The translations under genes were made by a program, and so were the position numbers. The notes under the pieces were generated by a model. It searched no databases. It worked only from the letters and a program-made list of their open reading frames with translations, and had not been told where the DNA came from. Source: Patescibacteria group bacterium (GTDB lineage Bacteria > Patescibacteriota > Patescibacteriia > Patescibacteriales > BM507). From it: DNA of 64,000 nt. Shown here one piece after another: positions 19,600 through 30,066 of this stretch (position 1 is the first letter of the stretch; each line of letters opens with the position of its first letter). The stretch spans positions 11,184 to 75,183 of the forward strand of contig JAQIDC010000028.1 of NCBI GenBank assembly GCA_027858235.1. The letters run 5' to 3'.

Positions 19600-19610
19600 C
19601 AACTTAATAA

Positions 19611-20300
19611 TTATTTCTTTTTTCCAATTACTTCCCCTTTGGCGGTTTCAGACCCTTTTTCAAATACTGTTCCTTTGTAAATCCAAACCTTAATCCCAAT
19701 AGCTCCAAAAGTAGTTCTAGCTACTCCACGAGAGTAATCAATATCAGCTCTCAGGGTATGCAGGGGAACTTTTCCTGAAGACAATTTCTCACTTCTGGCA
19801 ATTTCTGCTCCGTTTAGTCTCCCGGCAACCTGAACCTTAACACCTAGGGCTCCAGCTCTCTCGACTCTTGAAATTGCTTGTTTCATAACTCTTCTAAATG
19901 GCATTCTTTTCTCTATCTCTAGGGCCATTTGTTGCAACACAATTTGTGATGAAAGACTTGGTCTATCTACCTCAAAAATATTTAAATTAATATCCCCTAA
20001 TCTGAAATTTTTTAAAAATTTAGCGTGTATTTTCTTTTTCAAATCCTCAGCACCAGTTCCTCCTCTCCCAATAATAACTCCTGGTTTTGCAGTGTGGATT
20101 GAAACACCAATTTTTTTAGCACTTCTCTCAACTTCCACCTTATCAACACCGGCTTCTCTTAGCTCATGAAGTAAAAATCTTTTTACTCTAACGTCTTGCT
20201 CAAGATTTTTTGAATATGTTTGTCCCACGTTGAACCATTTTGATGTCCAAGCTTTGGTGATTGATATTCTAAATATTTTTGGATTAATTTTTTTACCCAT
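19611..20300 (-). CDS. rpsC: 30S ribosomal protein uS3
   Basis: PGVIIGRGG, GRLNGAEIAR, PLHTLRADIDY. Confidence 0.97.
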   Translation of the reverse strand: MGKKINPKIFRISITKAWTSKWFNVGQTYSKNLEQDVRVKRFLLHELREAGVDKVEVERSAKKIGVSIHTAKPGVIIGRGGTGAEDLKKKIHAKFLKNFRLGDINLNIFEVDRPSLSSQIVLQQMALEIEKRMPFRRVMKQAISRVERAGALGVKVQVAGRLNGAEIARSEKLSSGKVPLHTLRADIDYSRGVARTTFGAIGIKVWIYKGTVFEKGSETAKGEVIGKKK

Positions 20301-20363
20301 ATTTATTATAAATTTATTATTTTATATTTCTTTGTCTTTCTGTGATTTTGTATAAGTGATTAT

Positions 20364-20948
20364 TTATCCACTTTTTCTTCTAAAAACTTTTTTAGCAAAC
20401 CCCTTGGACCCACCCTCGGCATTTTTTGTGTGACCTTCAGGCTTTGTGTCTGCTACTTTTTCTTGAGCAGGAACTGCTGAACTAGTTTCAGCACTTTTAG
20501 TTGTTCCTGTTTCTTTCTTATTAATTTTTTCTTCCTTCTTTTCTTTCTTCGCTTGCTCTCCTAATTTAACAGGGGCATCAATCTTTTGCTTTTTAGCTTT
20601 TTTCTCACCACTGTCCTTGATTTCTCCCAAAACAACGCTTACATGGCTAGTTCTTTTTCTAATTGGAGTAGCTCTTCCGTGTGCTCTTGGCATCCATCTT
20701 TTCAAAGTAGCTCCTTCATCAACCCTAATTTCTTTAATAAAAAGATTGTCTTTTGAAAGTTCGAAAGCATTTTCAGCGTTAGCAATTGCAGAATTTATCA
20801 ACTTTGACACTGAACCCGTTACTCTTTTATTTACAAATTTTAATTGGTCAAGTGCTTTCTCAACCGGCATTCCACGAACAAGATCAACGACTAATCTAGT
20901 CTTCCTAGCTGAGGTTCTCAAATGTTTTACGTTTGCTTTTATTTCCAT
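20364..20948 (-). CDS. rplV: 50S ribosomal protein uL22 with ~80-aa C-terminal extension
   Basis: SARKTRLV, SAIANAE, PRAHGRA.PIRKRTSH. Confidence 0.96.
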   Translation of the reverse strand: MEIKANVKHLRTSARKTRLVVDLVRGMPVEKALDQLKFVNKRVTGSVSKLINSAIANAENAFELSKDNLFIKEIRVDEGATLKRWMPRAHGRATPIRKRTSHVSVVLGEIKDSGEKKAKKQKIDAPVKLGEQAKKEKKEEKINKKETGTTKSAETSSAVPAQEKVADTKPEGHTKNAEGGSKGFAKKVFRRKSG

Positions 20949-20992
20949 ATATTTATATTATTCTATTTTTGAAATATCCTAAAATCTTTTAA

Positions 20993-21268
20993 TTATTTCT
21001 GAGCTTTTGCCATTTTACCACCGTGGCTAACAAATTTTCTAGTAGGTGCAAATTCTCCTAACTTATGTCCAACCATGTTTTCAGTCACATAAACAAGTGA
21101 ATGAGCCTTTCCATTGTGAACACCAAAAGTGAAACCAACCATTTCCGGAGTTACTGTACTTGATCTATCCCAAACTTTCAGTACAGTTTTATCACCAGGA
21201 TTCATCGCTACAACTTTTTTTTGTAATCTTTCGTTGATATATGGTCCTTTTTTTAAACTTCTTGACAT
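20993..21268 (-). CDS. rpsS: 30S ribosomal protein uS19
   Basis: [22 protein letters not shown]. Confidence 0.97.
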   Translation of the reverse strand: MSRSLKKGPYINERLQKKVVAMNPGDKTVLKVWDRSSTVTPEMVGFTFGVHNGKAHSLVYVTENMVGHKLGEFAPTRKFVSHGGKMAKAQK

Positions 21269-21277
21269 ATTATATTT

Positions 21278-21330
21278 ACCCTTGTGAAATCTTGCATTGC
21301 AAGAATTTTTTCAAAATTATTCCACTGGGT
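21278..21330. repeat. Structured spacer element family A, copy 3 (upstream of rpsS)
   Basis: ACCCTTGTGAAAT-CTTGCATTGCAAG-AATTTTTTCAAAATT-ATTCCACTGGGT. Confidence 0.85.
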
Positions 21331-21344
21331 TAACTTAATTATTA

Positions 21345-21386
21345 CCTTGTCTCGCCACATCCGTCAGCTGACGGAGTAGGCGGATT
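21345..21386. repeat. Short GC-rich palindrome
   Basis: CCTTGTCTCGCCACA-TCCGTCAGCTGACGGA-GTAGGCGG. Confidence 0.6.
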
Positions 21387-21391
21387 ATTTA

Positions 21392-22231
21392 TTATTTCTT
21401 TTTCTTTCTTCTCTGGATAATTAGTTTATCTGAAGATTTTGATTTCCTTCTAGTTTTAACACCCAATGCTGGCTTACCCCATGGAGTCTTTGGATGTTTA
21501 AGACCAATAGATTGGTTGCCTTCACCACCTCCATGTGGATGATCAACTGGATTCATAGCAGAACCACGAACAGTTGGTCTTATTCCAAGATGTCTCTTTC
21601 TACCAGCTGAACCTAATTTAATATGCCTCTTATCAACATTTGAAACTCGTCCAATAGTACACATCGCTTCTTTCTTAACAAGTCTAATTTCTCCTGAAGG
21701 TAGTTTTAATTGGGCAAATTTTCCTTCTACTCCCATAACATGTAGTGCATTCCCTGCACCACGAGCTAATTTTGCTCCATGTCCTGGTTCGATTTCAACA
21801 CAACTTACAGGAACACCAGCTGGAATATATTTAAGTGGCATTGCATTACCATCTTTGATGGTAATTTTATTGCTTGAACTTAATATTTCATCTCCAACTT
21901 GTGTTTTGGTTGGTTTTATAATATATCTTTTTTCACCATCTGCATAATTAAGAAGGGCTAATCTAGCCCCTCTGTTTGGGTCATATTCAATAGCAACTAC
22001 TTTAGCAGGAATATCCAATTTGTCTCTTTTCATGTCAACAATTCTAACTGCTCTTTTAGCTCCGCCACCTCTATGTCTGATAGTTATCTTCCCTTGATTG
22101 TTCCTTCCTCCAGTTTTTTTCTTTGGAATAACTAATCTTTTTTCAGGAGTTGTTTTCGTTATATCAGCAAAATCATCGAAGGTTGCACTTCTTCTTCCTG
22201 GTGTAGTTGGTTTTACTTTTTTAATACCCAT
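21392..22231 (-). CDS. rplB: 50S ribosomal protein uL2
   Basis: [34 protein letters not shown]. Confidence 0.98.
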   Translation of the reverse strand: MGIKKVKPTTPGRRSATFDDFADITKTTPEKRLVIPKKKTGGRNNQGKITIRHRGGGAKRAVRIVDMKRDKLDIPAKVVAIEYDPNRGARLALLNYADGEKRYIIKPTKTQVGDEILSSSNKITIKDGNAMPLKYIPAGVPVSCVEIEPGHGAKLARGAGNALHVMGVEGKFAQLKLPSGEIRLVKKEAMCTIGRVSNVDKRHIKLGSAGRKRHLGIRPTVRGSAMNPVDHPHGGGEGNQSIGLKHPKTPWGKPALGVKTRRKSKSSDKLIIQRRKKKK

Positions 22232-22265
22232 ATATTCAAATTTTTAATTTTAAATTCTTAGTTTC

Positions 22266-22715
22266 CTAAACTCCTTCGTAAAGATTTATTGTCTTCCCCT
22301 TCGGAAGAGTAACGATAGCTTTTTTCCAATCCTTCCTTCTGCCAATACTTTTTCCATGCCTAACCTTTTTGCCTTCCATCTTGATAACATTAATAGCAGT
22401 TGGTTTAATTCCGTAAACTTCTTCAAAAGATTTTGCTACTTCAACTTTATTTGTATTAATTGCAACCTCAAAAGTATATTTTCCTAGAGCCCCTTCTATG
22501 CTAGCCTTTTCGGTAATTAATGGTTTAACAAGAATCTTGTAAGCATTCCCGTGTACTTTTTCTTTGTCAGTTTTTTTCACCTGCTTTTCTGAAGCAGAAT
22601 ACAAATCTTTCATAGACTCTTTCTTGCTCTCTTTTTTTTCAGTAGATTTAGTTGTTTTTTTTGCAGCTGACTCCTTGTCGTCATTTTTCTCGTCCGCTTT
22701 TTTAAAAATTCCCAT
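22266..22715 (-). CDS. rplW: 50S ribosomal protein uL23 with N-terminal extension
   Basis: PLITEKA, YTFEV, WKKAIVTL. Confidence 0.95.
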   Translation of the reverse strand: MGIFKKADEKNDDKESAAKKTTKSTEKKESKKESMKDLYSASEKQVKKTDKEKVHGNAYKILVKPLITEKASIEGALGKYTFEVAINTNKVEVAKSFEEVYGIKPTAINVIKMEGKKVRHGKSIGRRKDWKKAIVTLPKGKTINLYEGV

Positions 22716-22730
22716 ATTATTTTAATTCTA

Positions 22731-22750
22731 CCTGCCTGCCGGCAGGCAGG
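22731..22750. repeat. Perfect 20-bp palindrome
   Basis: CCTGCCTGCCGGCAGGCAGG. Confidence 0.75.
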
Positions 22751-22762
22751 AATTTCTGTTAT

Positions 22763-23467
22763 TTACTTATATCTTTGTTCGATTTTTTTGATTGCATCAA
22801 CTGTAATGATTAGTTTTTTGTATCTTAACAAATCAACGATATTAATATTATCAAGATTTATTAATTTAATACCAGCTAGATTGTTTGCTGAATATTTATC
22901 TTTCTCTTCATTATTTGCATTAATAAGAAGCACGCTTCTTTTTACCTTTAATACTTTCTTTTTACCATCTTTAGGGTCAGCTTCTTCTTTTTTAACCTTT
23001 GATTCATTTTTTAAAATTCCTTTTTCAAAACTTGCAACAACTTTATCAAATTCTTTGGTTTTAAAATTTTCAGATACTATTTTATCTAAAATTGCAACAT
23101 TCTTTTCTGCTAGCTTATCTGAAAGAGCCATAAACAAAGCCGCTCTTTTCATTTTCAAATTTAAGTCTTTTGAAAAATTCCTATTTTTTAAGGGTCCGAA
23201 AGCAACACCACCACCAATCCAAATAGGACTTCTGCTTGAACCTGCCCTAGCTCTACCTGTTCCTTTTTGTTTCCAAGGTTTTTTACCACCACCACGAACA
23301 TCGGCTCTTTGTTTTGTATGAGCTAAAATTTGTCTTTCATTAGACATTTGAGCAACAACTGCTTGGTGGACTAAACTTTCTTTCACTTTTACTCCAAAAA
23401 TATTCTCTGGTAAGTTTATGTCTCCAACTACTTCTGCTTTTTGATTGTAAATACTAGCTTTAAGCAT
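22763..23467 (-). CDS. rplD: 50S ribosomal protein uL4
   Basis: GGGKKPWKQKGTGRARAGS.RSP.W.GGG. Confidence 0.97.
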   Translation of the reverse strand: MLKASIYNQKAEVVGDINLPENIFGVKVKESLVHQAVVAQMSNERQILAHTKQRADVRGGGKKPWKQKGTGRARAGSSRSPIWIGGGVAFGPLKNRNFSKDLNLKMKRAALFMALSDKLAEKNVAILDKIVSENFKTKEFDKVVASFEKGILKNESKVKKEEADPKDGKKKVLKVKRSVLLINANNEEKDKYSANNLAGIKLINLDNINIVDLLRYKKLIITVDAIKKIEQRYK

Positions 23468-23508
23468 ATTATGTTTTGAATTTCGAATTTTTAATTTCGA
23501 ATTTTGAA

Positions 23509-24261
23509 TTATTTTTTATTATCTTCTTTCACCTCTTCTTTTGCTTCAATTGGGGCTTCTTCCACTTTTTTATCTTTTTTTTCTTCTTTCGCTTTCTCTT
23601 TCTTCTCTTCAGGCTTTTTATCTTTAACTTCTTCCAAAACTTTAACCTCTCCAGGAGCGTTGAATGAAACAAGAGAATTTCTAGCACCAGGAACTCCTCC
23701 CTTGATGTAGAGAATATTTTTTTCAACATCTATATCAATAATCACACCTCCATTAAAAGTAACTTGATCTCCGCCCATTCTGCCACCCATTCTTGTTCCT
23801 TTAAAAACATGAGCCGGTCCAGTCGCACCAATAGACCCAGGCATTCTTACTTGATCCTTTGTACCATGAGTTGTGATTTGACCAGCGAAACCATGTCTTT
23901 TAACAACCCCTTGAAAACCTTTACCTTTTGAAACAGAGCTCAAGTTAATAGAATCTCCTACTTCAAAACTAGTAACATCAAATCTATCACCTCTCTTGAG
24001 GGAGATTTCTTGGGCTTTAACTCTAAACTCTTTTAAATATCTAAAATTATCGAGCCCTTTAAAGTGCCCGATTTGAGGTTTTTTGATATTTTTTTCTTTT
24101 TTAATACCATACCCAACTTGAACCGCTGAATAACCATCTTTTTTATCGTTTTTTATCTGGACAACTGTACATGGACCAACTTCAACTTTTGTAACTGCTA
24201 CTGCTACGTCATCTCTCCACATTTGAGTCATCTCAATTTTTTTTCCTAAAATAAATTTCAT
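23509..24261 (-). CDS. rplC: 50S ribosomal protein uL3
   Basis: GKKIEMTQ, KGKGFQGVVKRH, PGSIG; charged C-terminal tail. Confidence 0.97.
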   Translation of the reverse strand: MKFILGKKIEMTQMWRDDVAVAVTKVEVGPCTVVQIKNDKKDGYSAVQVGYGIKKEKNIKKPQIGHFKGLDNFRYLKEFRVKAQEISLKRGDRFDVTSFEVGDSINLSSVSKGKGFQGVVKRHGFAGQITTHGTKDQVRMPGSIGATGPAHVFKGTRMGGRMGGDQVTFNGGVIIDIDVEKNILYIKGGVPGARNSLVSFNAPGEVKVLEEVKDKKPEEKKEKAKEEKKDKKVEEAPIEAKEEVKEDNKK

Positions 24262-24536
24262 ATATTTTTCTTTCTTGGCAGCGCAAGCTTTTACTTGTTG
24301 CCTTTAAATAAACAAAAACTGGCTTAATCTAAACCAGCTACAATAATACAATATCTATCATCTTAATACTCTAGAAAACAGAAATTTAATTTTATTATAA
24401 TGCTTTTTGTTTGATTTTTACCTCTCTTATAAGTACTAATTATCACCTTAAGACTTTCTTTTATCAATTTAATAAAAGAGTTTTTACAACAATATTCAGT
24501 ACAATAATATTTCAATAATTTACTAAGTACAGTTTA

Positions 24537-24884
24537 CTACATTTTTATCTCGACGTCAACCCCAGCTGGTAAGCTAAGACTAGTCAAATCTTCAATGGTT
24601 TTAGCTGATGGTTCAATAATATCAATCAATCTTTTATGTGTCCTCATCTCATACTGATCACGAGCATCCTTATGAACAAAAGTGGATCTCATAACTGTAT
24701 ACTTTTTCTTTTCAGTTGGAAGAGGGATGGGTCCAAAAATTTGAGCTCCACTTCTTTCTGCTGTTTCGATGATTTTCCTTGTAGATTGATCAATGATTTT
24801 ATGATCAAAAGCCTTAATTCTAATTCTAATTTTTTGTTTAGAATCTTCATTCTCTGTGCTTTCTTTTTTTGTGTCTTTTGGCAT
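24537..24884 (-). CDS. rpsJ: 30S ribosomal protein uS10
   Basis: [26 protein letters not shown]. Confidence 0.97.
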   Translation of the reverse strand: MPKDTKKESTENEDSKQKIRIRIKAFDHKIIDQSTRKIIETAERSGAQIFGPIPLPTEKKKYTVMRSTFVHKDARDQYEMRTHKRLIDIIEPSAKTIEDLTSLSLPAGVDVEIKM

Positions 24885-24936
24885 AACTGTTTAGTTAGCT
24901 TAATTTTTATCTAAAACCTAATATAGGCATTATAAA

Positions 24937-24958
24937 GCTCCTTAATAAATTAAGGAGC
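24937..24958 (-). terminator. Hairpin / probable terminator after tuf
   Basis: GCTCCTTAA-TAAA-TTAAGGAGC. Confidence 0.55.
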
Positions 24959-24967
24959 CCTAAATAT

Positions 24968-26155
24968 CTATTTTGTGATTTTTACAACTGCACCAGCACC
25001 AACTGTTCTTCCACCTTCACGAATAGCAAATCTTTGCTTTTCTTCTAGGGCAACAGGAGCAATAAGTTTAACATTAATGTTAACAGTATCACCAGGCATA
25101 ACCATTTCAGTTCCTGCTGGTAATTCAATCTCTCCAGTTACATCAGTAGTTCTGATATAGAATTGTGGCTTATAACCTTTAAAGAAAGGTTTGTGTCTTC
25201 CGCCTTCATCCTTAGATAGGATATATACTTGAGCTTCAAATTCAGTATGAGGAGTGACAGTTCCAGGGATAGCCAATACTTGACCTCTCTCTACGTCATC
25301 TTTCTTTGTACCTCTCAAAAGAATACCAGCATTATCACCAGCTTGACCTTCAGTAAGTTGTTTATTAAACATCTCAATTCCAGTAACTGTAGTTTTTGCT
25401 GTATCTCTTATACCAACGATTTCAACTTCTGTATTAATTTTTAGAAGTCCTCTTTCGATTCTCCCTGTTACAACAGTTCCTCTACCTTCAATTGAAAATA
25501 CATCTTCAATAGGCATTAAAAAAGGTTTTTCAACATCTCTTACAGGATTTGGGATAAATGAATCAACAGCATCCATTAGATCTAATACAGGTTTTGCATC
25601 ATCTCCTGTTGGATTCTCTAAAGCCTTTAGAGCCGAACCTCTAATGATTGGAGTTTCATCTCCAGGGAATTCGTATTTATTCAATAAATCTTTTACTTCT
25701 TCTTCAACAAGGTCAATGAGTTCTTTATCTTCAACCATGTCACATTTGTTTAGAAATACAACAATATATGGAACACCAACTTGTCTAGCTAGCACAATAT
25801 GCTCTCTTGTTTGAGGCATGGGACCATCTGTTGCAGCTACCACAATGATAGCACCGTCCATTTGAGCAGCACCAGTAATCATGTTCTTTACATAATCAGC
25901 ATGACCTGGACAGTCAACGTGAGCGTAGTGACGCTTGTCTGTTTGATATTCAACGTGAGCAGTAGCAATTGTAATACCACGTTCTTTTTCTTCTGGAGCA
26001 GCATCTATTTGACTAATGTCTTTGCTAGATGCCATTTTGCCCGCAGCTGTTAGCACAGCTAAGATTGCTGCAGTTAATGTAGTCTTACCATGGTCAACGT
26101 GGCCAATTGTACCAATGTTGACATGTGGTAATGATCTGTCGAAAATTTCCGCCAT
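24968..26155 (-). CDS. tuf: Elongation factor Tu
   Basis: [28 protein letters not shown]. Confidence 0.99.
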   Translation of the reverse strand: MAEIFDRSLPHVNIGTIGHVDHGKTTLTAAILAVLTAAGKMASSKDISQIDAAPEEKERGITIATAHVEYQTDKRHYAHVDCPGHADYVKNMITGAAQMDGAIIVVAATDGPMPQTREHIVLARQVGVPYIVVFLNKCDMVEDKELIDLVEEEVKDLLNKYEFPGDETPIIRGSALKALENPTGDDAKPVLDLMDAVDSFIPNPVRDVEKPFLMPIEDVFSIEGRGTVVTGRIERGLLKINTEVEIVGIRDTAKTTVTGIEMFNKQLTEGQAGDNAGILLRGTKKDDVERGQVLAIPGTVTPHTEFEAQVYILSKDEGGRHKPFFKGYKPQFYIRTTDVTGEIELPAGTEMVMPGDTVNINVKLIAPVALEEKQRFAIREGGRTVGAGAVVKITK

Positions 26156-26263
26156 GTTAATTTTTTTTTGGCCCCGCTCAGTTTTATGAACGCGTTTTTT
26201 GCCCGACCAACAAAAGGCTGGGCAACCAGCCGAAACTTATTATTTAATTAAAAAATTATATTA

Positions 26264-26716
26264 TTAATAATTTATCTCTTCTAAATATTGCCTATCTTCC
26301 TCAATGATTTCTTCTGTGTCTTTCTTTCTTTCACTGGGAATACTCCAACTTTTCTTAGGCTTTCTTTCCTCTTGACCCAGGTCACCCTCTCCCCCAGGGA
26401 ACCCTCTCTCACCTAGCGGTGATTCACCTTGTCTGACTTCGTCATTCACCTTGTCTTTTAGTGATTCTTCATCATTATTGTCAATATTTTCATCACTGAT
26501 AGTGTCATTTTTCCATAAAGCAATATCGCGATTTATTTTATCAATCATTTCATCCTCTGTCAAGCCACGCAAATCACTAGAAGTTTCGCTTATTTTTTCA
26601 TACTCATCAAGGTTCATTATTGCATAAGCATTTTCTGGTTCATTGTGATCTAGAACCACAAGTTTGTCGCCTGTCTTTCTAATCAATTTTATTATTCTCC
26701 TAAATTGTGAATCCAT
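26264..26716 (-). CDS. Conserved CPR hypothetical protein between fusA and tuf
   Basis: 150-aa acidic ORF: TGDKLVV, LTEDEMIDKINRDIA.W. Confidence 0.75.
   Translation of the reverse strand: MDSQFRRIIKLIRKTGDKLVVLDHNEPENAYAIMNLDEYEKISETSSDLRGLTEDEMIDKINRDIALWKNDTISDENIDNNDEESLKDKVNDEVRQGESPLGERGFPGGEGDLGQEERKPKKSWSIPSERKKDTEEIIEEDRQYLEEINY
26373..26455 (-). repeat. 41-bp element with a nested 42-bp GC-rich insert, in frame within the CDS
   Basis: GACAAGGTGAATGACGAAGTCAGA-[CAAGGTGAATCACCGCTAGGTGAGAGAGGG...]-GTGACCTGGGTCA. Confidence 0.7.
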
Positions 26717-26794
26717 ATCTTTAAAACTTTAATTCTCCCCCTCCTCATTTTTTAAAAAAATTTATTATTCTAAACAAATAACACTGCTATCGGA

Positions 26795-26927
26795 AAAATT
26801 CTAAATCCTAATATCTAAATCCTAAATAAATTCTAATCTCAAATACAGTAAGCCTAAAATTATTTTGTAAATTTGATTTTATTATTTTGAATTTGTTTAG
26901 AGTTTAGTGTTTATAATTTAGAGTTTA
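26795..26927. repeat. AT-rich heptamer-repeat inverted element
   Basis: CTAAAT(C/T)-type repeats on the left arm mirrored by TTTAG(A/T)G-type repeats on the right arm. Confidence 0.55.
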
Positions 26928-26931
26928 AAAA

Positions 26932-29013
26932 TTATTTCTTTGCTCTATCTCCCATAATTTTCTCTGCAATATTTTTTGGAACTTCTTCATATTGTAAAAA
27001 TTCCATAGAATAATTTGCTCTACCTTGACTCATGGAACGAAGGTCTGTTGAGTAGCCAAACATTTCTGATAATGGTACTTTAGCATCAATCACTTTTATT
27101 TTTCCTCTATCTGACATTTGATCAATTTGACCTCTCTTTGAACTGATATCACCAACAACACTTCCCATATAATCTTCTGGGGTAGTAACTTCGACTTTCA
27201 TGACTGGCTCAAGTATTACAGCACCGGCTTTTCTACAAGCGTCCTTGAAGGCAAAAATTGAGGCCATTTTAAAAGCTGCTTCACTTGAATCAACTTCATG
27301 GTAAGAACCATCATAAACGGCAACTTTTACATCAACCATTGGATAGTTAGCAAGGACACCTTGGTCCATAGCTTCTCGAACACCTTTTTCAATAGCTGGA
27401 ATATATTCTCTTGGAATAGATCCACCTTTAATTTCATCTTTAAATTCAAAACCACCGCCTTCGATATTTGGCTCAACACGCAAATAAACATGTCCGTATT
27501 GACCACGTCCACCAGATTGTTTAGCATATTTATGTTCTTGCTCAGCTGATGTTCTAATTGTTTCTCTATATGATACTTGTGGCTGACCGACGTTAGCTTC
27601 TACTTTAAATTCTCTCTTCATTCTATCTACAATAATATCTAGGTGAAGTTCACCCATTCCTGAAATCAAAGTCTGATTTGTTTCCTCGTCAGTTTCTACT
27701 CTAAATGTAGGATCTTCTTCGGCTAATTTTTGCAAAGCCATCCCCATTTTTTCTTGATCAGCTTTTGTTTTTGGCTCAACAGCAATTTTAATAACAGGTT
27801 CAGGAAATGTAATCGATTCTAGAATTAATTTTCTATCCCCGCTTGTTAAAGTATTCCCAGTAACTGTATCTTTAAATCCAATAACAGCAGCAATATCTCC
27901 AGCATAAACCTCTTTTACTTCTTCTCTGTGATTGGCATGCATTCTTACAAGTCTTCCAATTCTTTCTTTAGCTCCACTTGTTGTATTATAAACATAAGAA
28001 CCAGATTGAAGAACACCAGAATAAACTCTTACAAAAGTTAATCTTCCTACGAATGGATCAGTAGCAACCTTAAAAGCCAGGGCAGTGAAACCTTCATCAT
28101 CACTAGGATTGACTAGAATCTTCTTTTCTTCATCGTTCACATTCATAGCTTCAAGAGCAGGAACATCTAGGGGTGATGGTAGATATTTTACTACACCGTC
28201 AAGCACTAATTGTACTCCAACATTTTGCAAGGCTGAACCAGCATAAACTGGATATAATTCATTCGCGATAACACCTTTTCTGATAGCTGCACTAAGTTCA
28301 TCAATTGTAATTTCCTCTCCACTTAAATATTTTTCTGTCAAAGTGTCGTCTACCTCAACTACTCTTTCAATTAATTCAGCTCTATATTTTTCAACGATTG
28401 TTTTCATTTCTTCTGGTATTTCAACTTCAATTATTTTTTCACCAAATCCTCCTTCAAACTCATAGGCTTTTTGAGTAAGTAAATCAACAACACCCTTGTG
28501 ATCATTTTCTGATCCAATTGGAAGTTGAATAGCAACTGCCTTTGAACTCAATCTATCTCGAATAGAAGCTAAACTCATTTCAAAGTCTGCTCCCATCTTA
28601 TCCATTTTATTCACAAAGCAAAGTCTTGGCACTTGATATTTATCAGCTTGTCTCCAAACAGTTTCAGATTGTGGCTCAACACCAGCAGATCCATCAAAAA
28701 CAGCGACAGCGCCATCAAGAACACGCAGGGAACGCTCTACTTCAACAGTAAAGTCAACGTGACCAGGAGTGTCAATAATATTTATTCTATTGTCAGCCCA
28801 AAAACAAGTAGTAGCCGCTGATGTAATGGTGATACCTCTTTCTTTCTCTTGTTCCATCCAATCCATATCAGATTCACCAGTATGCGTTTCGCCAATTTTA
28901 TGTTTTTTCCCTGTATAAAATAAAACACGCTCGGTGAACGTAGTTTTTCCAGCATCAATGTGGGCCATGATACCAATATTTCTTGTTTTTTCTAATGAAA
29001 ATTCTCGAGCCAT
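26932..29013 (-). CDS. fusA: Elongation factor G
   Basis: [38 protein letters not shown]; start at MAREFS. Confidence 0.99.
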   Translation of the reverse strand: MAREFSLEKTRNIGIMAHIDAGKTTFTERVLFYTGKKHKIGETHTGESDMDWMEQEKERGITITSAATTCFWADNRINIIDTPGHVDFTVEVERSLRVLDGAVAVFDGSAGVEPQSETVWRQADKYQVPRLCFVNKMDKMGADFEMSLASIRDRLSSKAVAIQLPIGSENDHKGVVDLLTQKAYEFEGGFGEKIIEVEIPEEMKTIVEKYRAELIERVVEVDDTLTEKYLSGEEITIDELSAAIRKGVIANELYPVYAGSALQNVGVQLVLDGVVKYLPSPLDVPALEAMNVNDEEKKILVNPSDDEGFTALAFKVATDPFVGRLTFVRVYSGVLQSGSYVYNTTSGAKERIGRLVRMHANHREEVKEVYAGDIAAVIGFKDTVTGNTLTSGDRKLILESITFPEPVIKIAVEPKTKADQEKMGMALQKLAEEDPTFRVETDEETNQTLISGMGELHLDIIVDRMKREFKVEANVGQPQVSYRETIRTSAEQEHKYAKQSGGRGQYGHVYLRVEPNIEGGGFEFKDEIKGGSIPREYIPAIEKGVREAMDQGVLANYPMVDVKVAVYDGSYHEVDSSEAAFKMASIFAFKDACRKAGAVILEPVMKVEVTTPEDYMGSVVGDISSKRGQIDQMSDRGKIKVIDAKVPLSEMFGYSTDLRSMSQGRANYSMEFLQYEEVPKNIAEKIMGDRAKK

Positions 29014-29087
29014 ATTATTATTTAGAATCATGAATCTTGAATCATGAATCTTGAATTATATATATATTATATTTAAATTATAGTTAT

Positions 29088-29111
29088 AAAAGGGAGAACT
29101 AGTCTCCCTTT
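29088..29111. terminator. Hairpin / terminator
   Basis: AAAGGGAGA-ACTAG-TCTCCCTTT. Confidence 0.55.
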
Positions 29112-29274
29112 GTGTTTTTCGGATTAAGTATCACTTTTTTTGAAACACTCGAGAAGCTCTTTTATAGAATCTTCAATTTCATTATCCAATATTTCAAATT
29201 GATTTAGCTTAAGGCGTAATTTGATTACTTGCATCTACAAGGGTCATCATTTTAATATCCTCCTATTCTTTTTG

Positions 29275-29505
29275 TTAGCTTGCTTTAAAGATAAACATAA
29301 ATTTTCTGGTAATCCTAGATATCCAACTGTTACTGACTGGCGTGAGACATCCCTCAGAGTAGACATGACCACAGAGCGGACAAGCATCTATACAAAAAAT
29401 TCTTTCTCCCTTTCCGTCACCCTTCAATTTTTCTCTTACAGATTCAAAATCTTCAAATTCTTCTTTACACTCAGGACATTTATGTTTTTTCCGTGACCAA
29501 TCCAA
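29275..29505 (-). CDS. Small zinc-ribbon protein inserted between rpsG and fusA
   Basis: CPEC...CPLC; SD AGGAGGT before TTG. Confidence 0.65.
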   Translation of the reverse strand: MDWSRKKHKCPECKEEFEDFESVREKLKGDGKGERIFCIDACPLCGHVYSEGCLTPVSNSWISRITRKFMFIFKAS

Positions 29506-29520
29506 TTCTACCTCCTATAG

Positions 29521-29988
29521 TTATCTTGAAAAATGAGCGAATGCTCTGTTTGACTCAGCCATCTTATGAACTGTTTCTCTCTTTCTTACAGCTGCTCCTT
29601 CACCTTTTGATGCCAAAACTATTTCATCGGCTAGATTCTCTGCCATTGATTTTCCTTTTTTAGCTTTTGAAGCTTCAATTATCCAACGACAACCTAGAGT
29701 GAATCTTCTCTCCCCTCTTACTTGGAAAGGAACTTGGTAGTTAGCACCACCAACTCTTTTACCCCTAACTTCAAGTAATGGAGAAATCTTTTTTAGGGCT
29801 TTATTGAAAATGTGTCTTGGATCTTGTTTTGTTTCTTTTTTAACTATTTCAAAAGCATCATAAACAACTCTTTGAGCAGTAGTTTTTTTACCGTCCTTCA
29901 TTATGTAATTTATGAACTTAGCGACATCAAAATCATTGAATTTAACATCACCGTCAATTTTTCTTTTTGGAGCTTGCTTACCTCTCAT
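29521..29988 (-). CDS. rpsG: 30S ribosomal protein uS7
   Basis: RVGGANYQVP, HKMAESNRAFAHF. Confidence 0.98.
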   Translation of the reverse strand: MRGKQAPKRKIDGDVKFNDFDVAKFINYIMKDGKKTTAQRVVYDAFEIVKKETKQDPRHIFNKALKKISPLLEVRGKRVGGANYQVPFQVRGERRFTLGCRWIIEASKAKKGKSMAENLADEIVLASKGEGAAVRKRETVHKMAESNRAFAHFSR

Positions 29989-30019
29989 ATATATTTATAA
30001 AATTATTAATTATTTCTTA

Positions 30020-30065
30020 CACTTGAGGAAGATGAATTCCCAAGCATACAAAAACCTAAAGGTTT
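30020..30065. repeat. REP-like hairpin family B, copy 2 (inverted) in the rpsL-rpsG spacer
   Basis: CACTTGAGGAAGATGAATTCCCAAGCATACAAAAACCTAAAGGTTT is near reverse complement of 755-800. Confidence 0.75.
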
Positions 30066-30066
30066 T

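Noticed and set aside
26160-26240. tRNA upstream of tuf
   Set aside because: No cloverleaf, TTC loop or acceptor stem.
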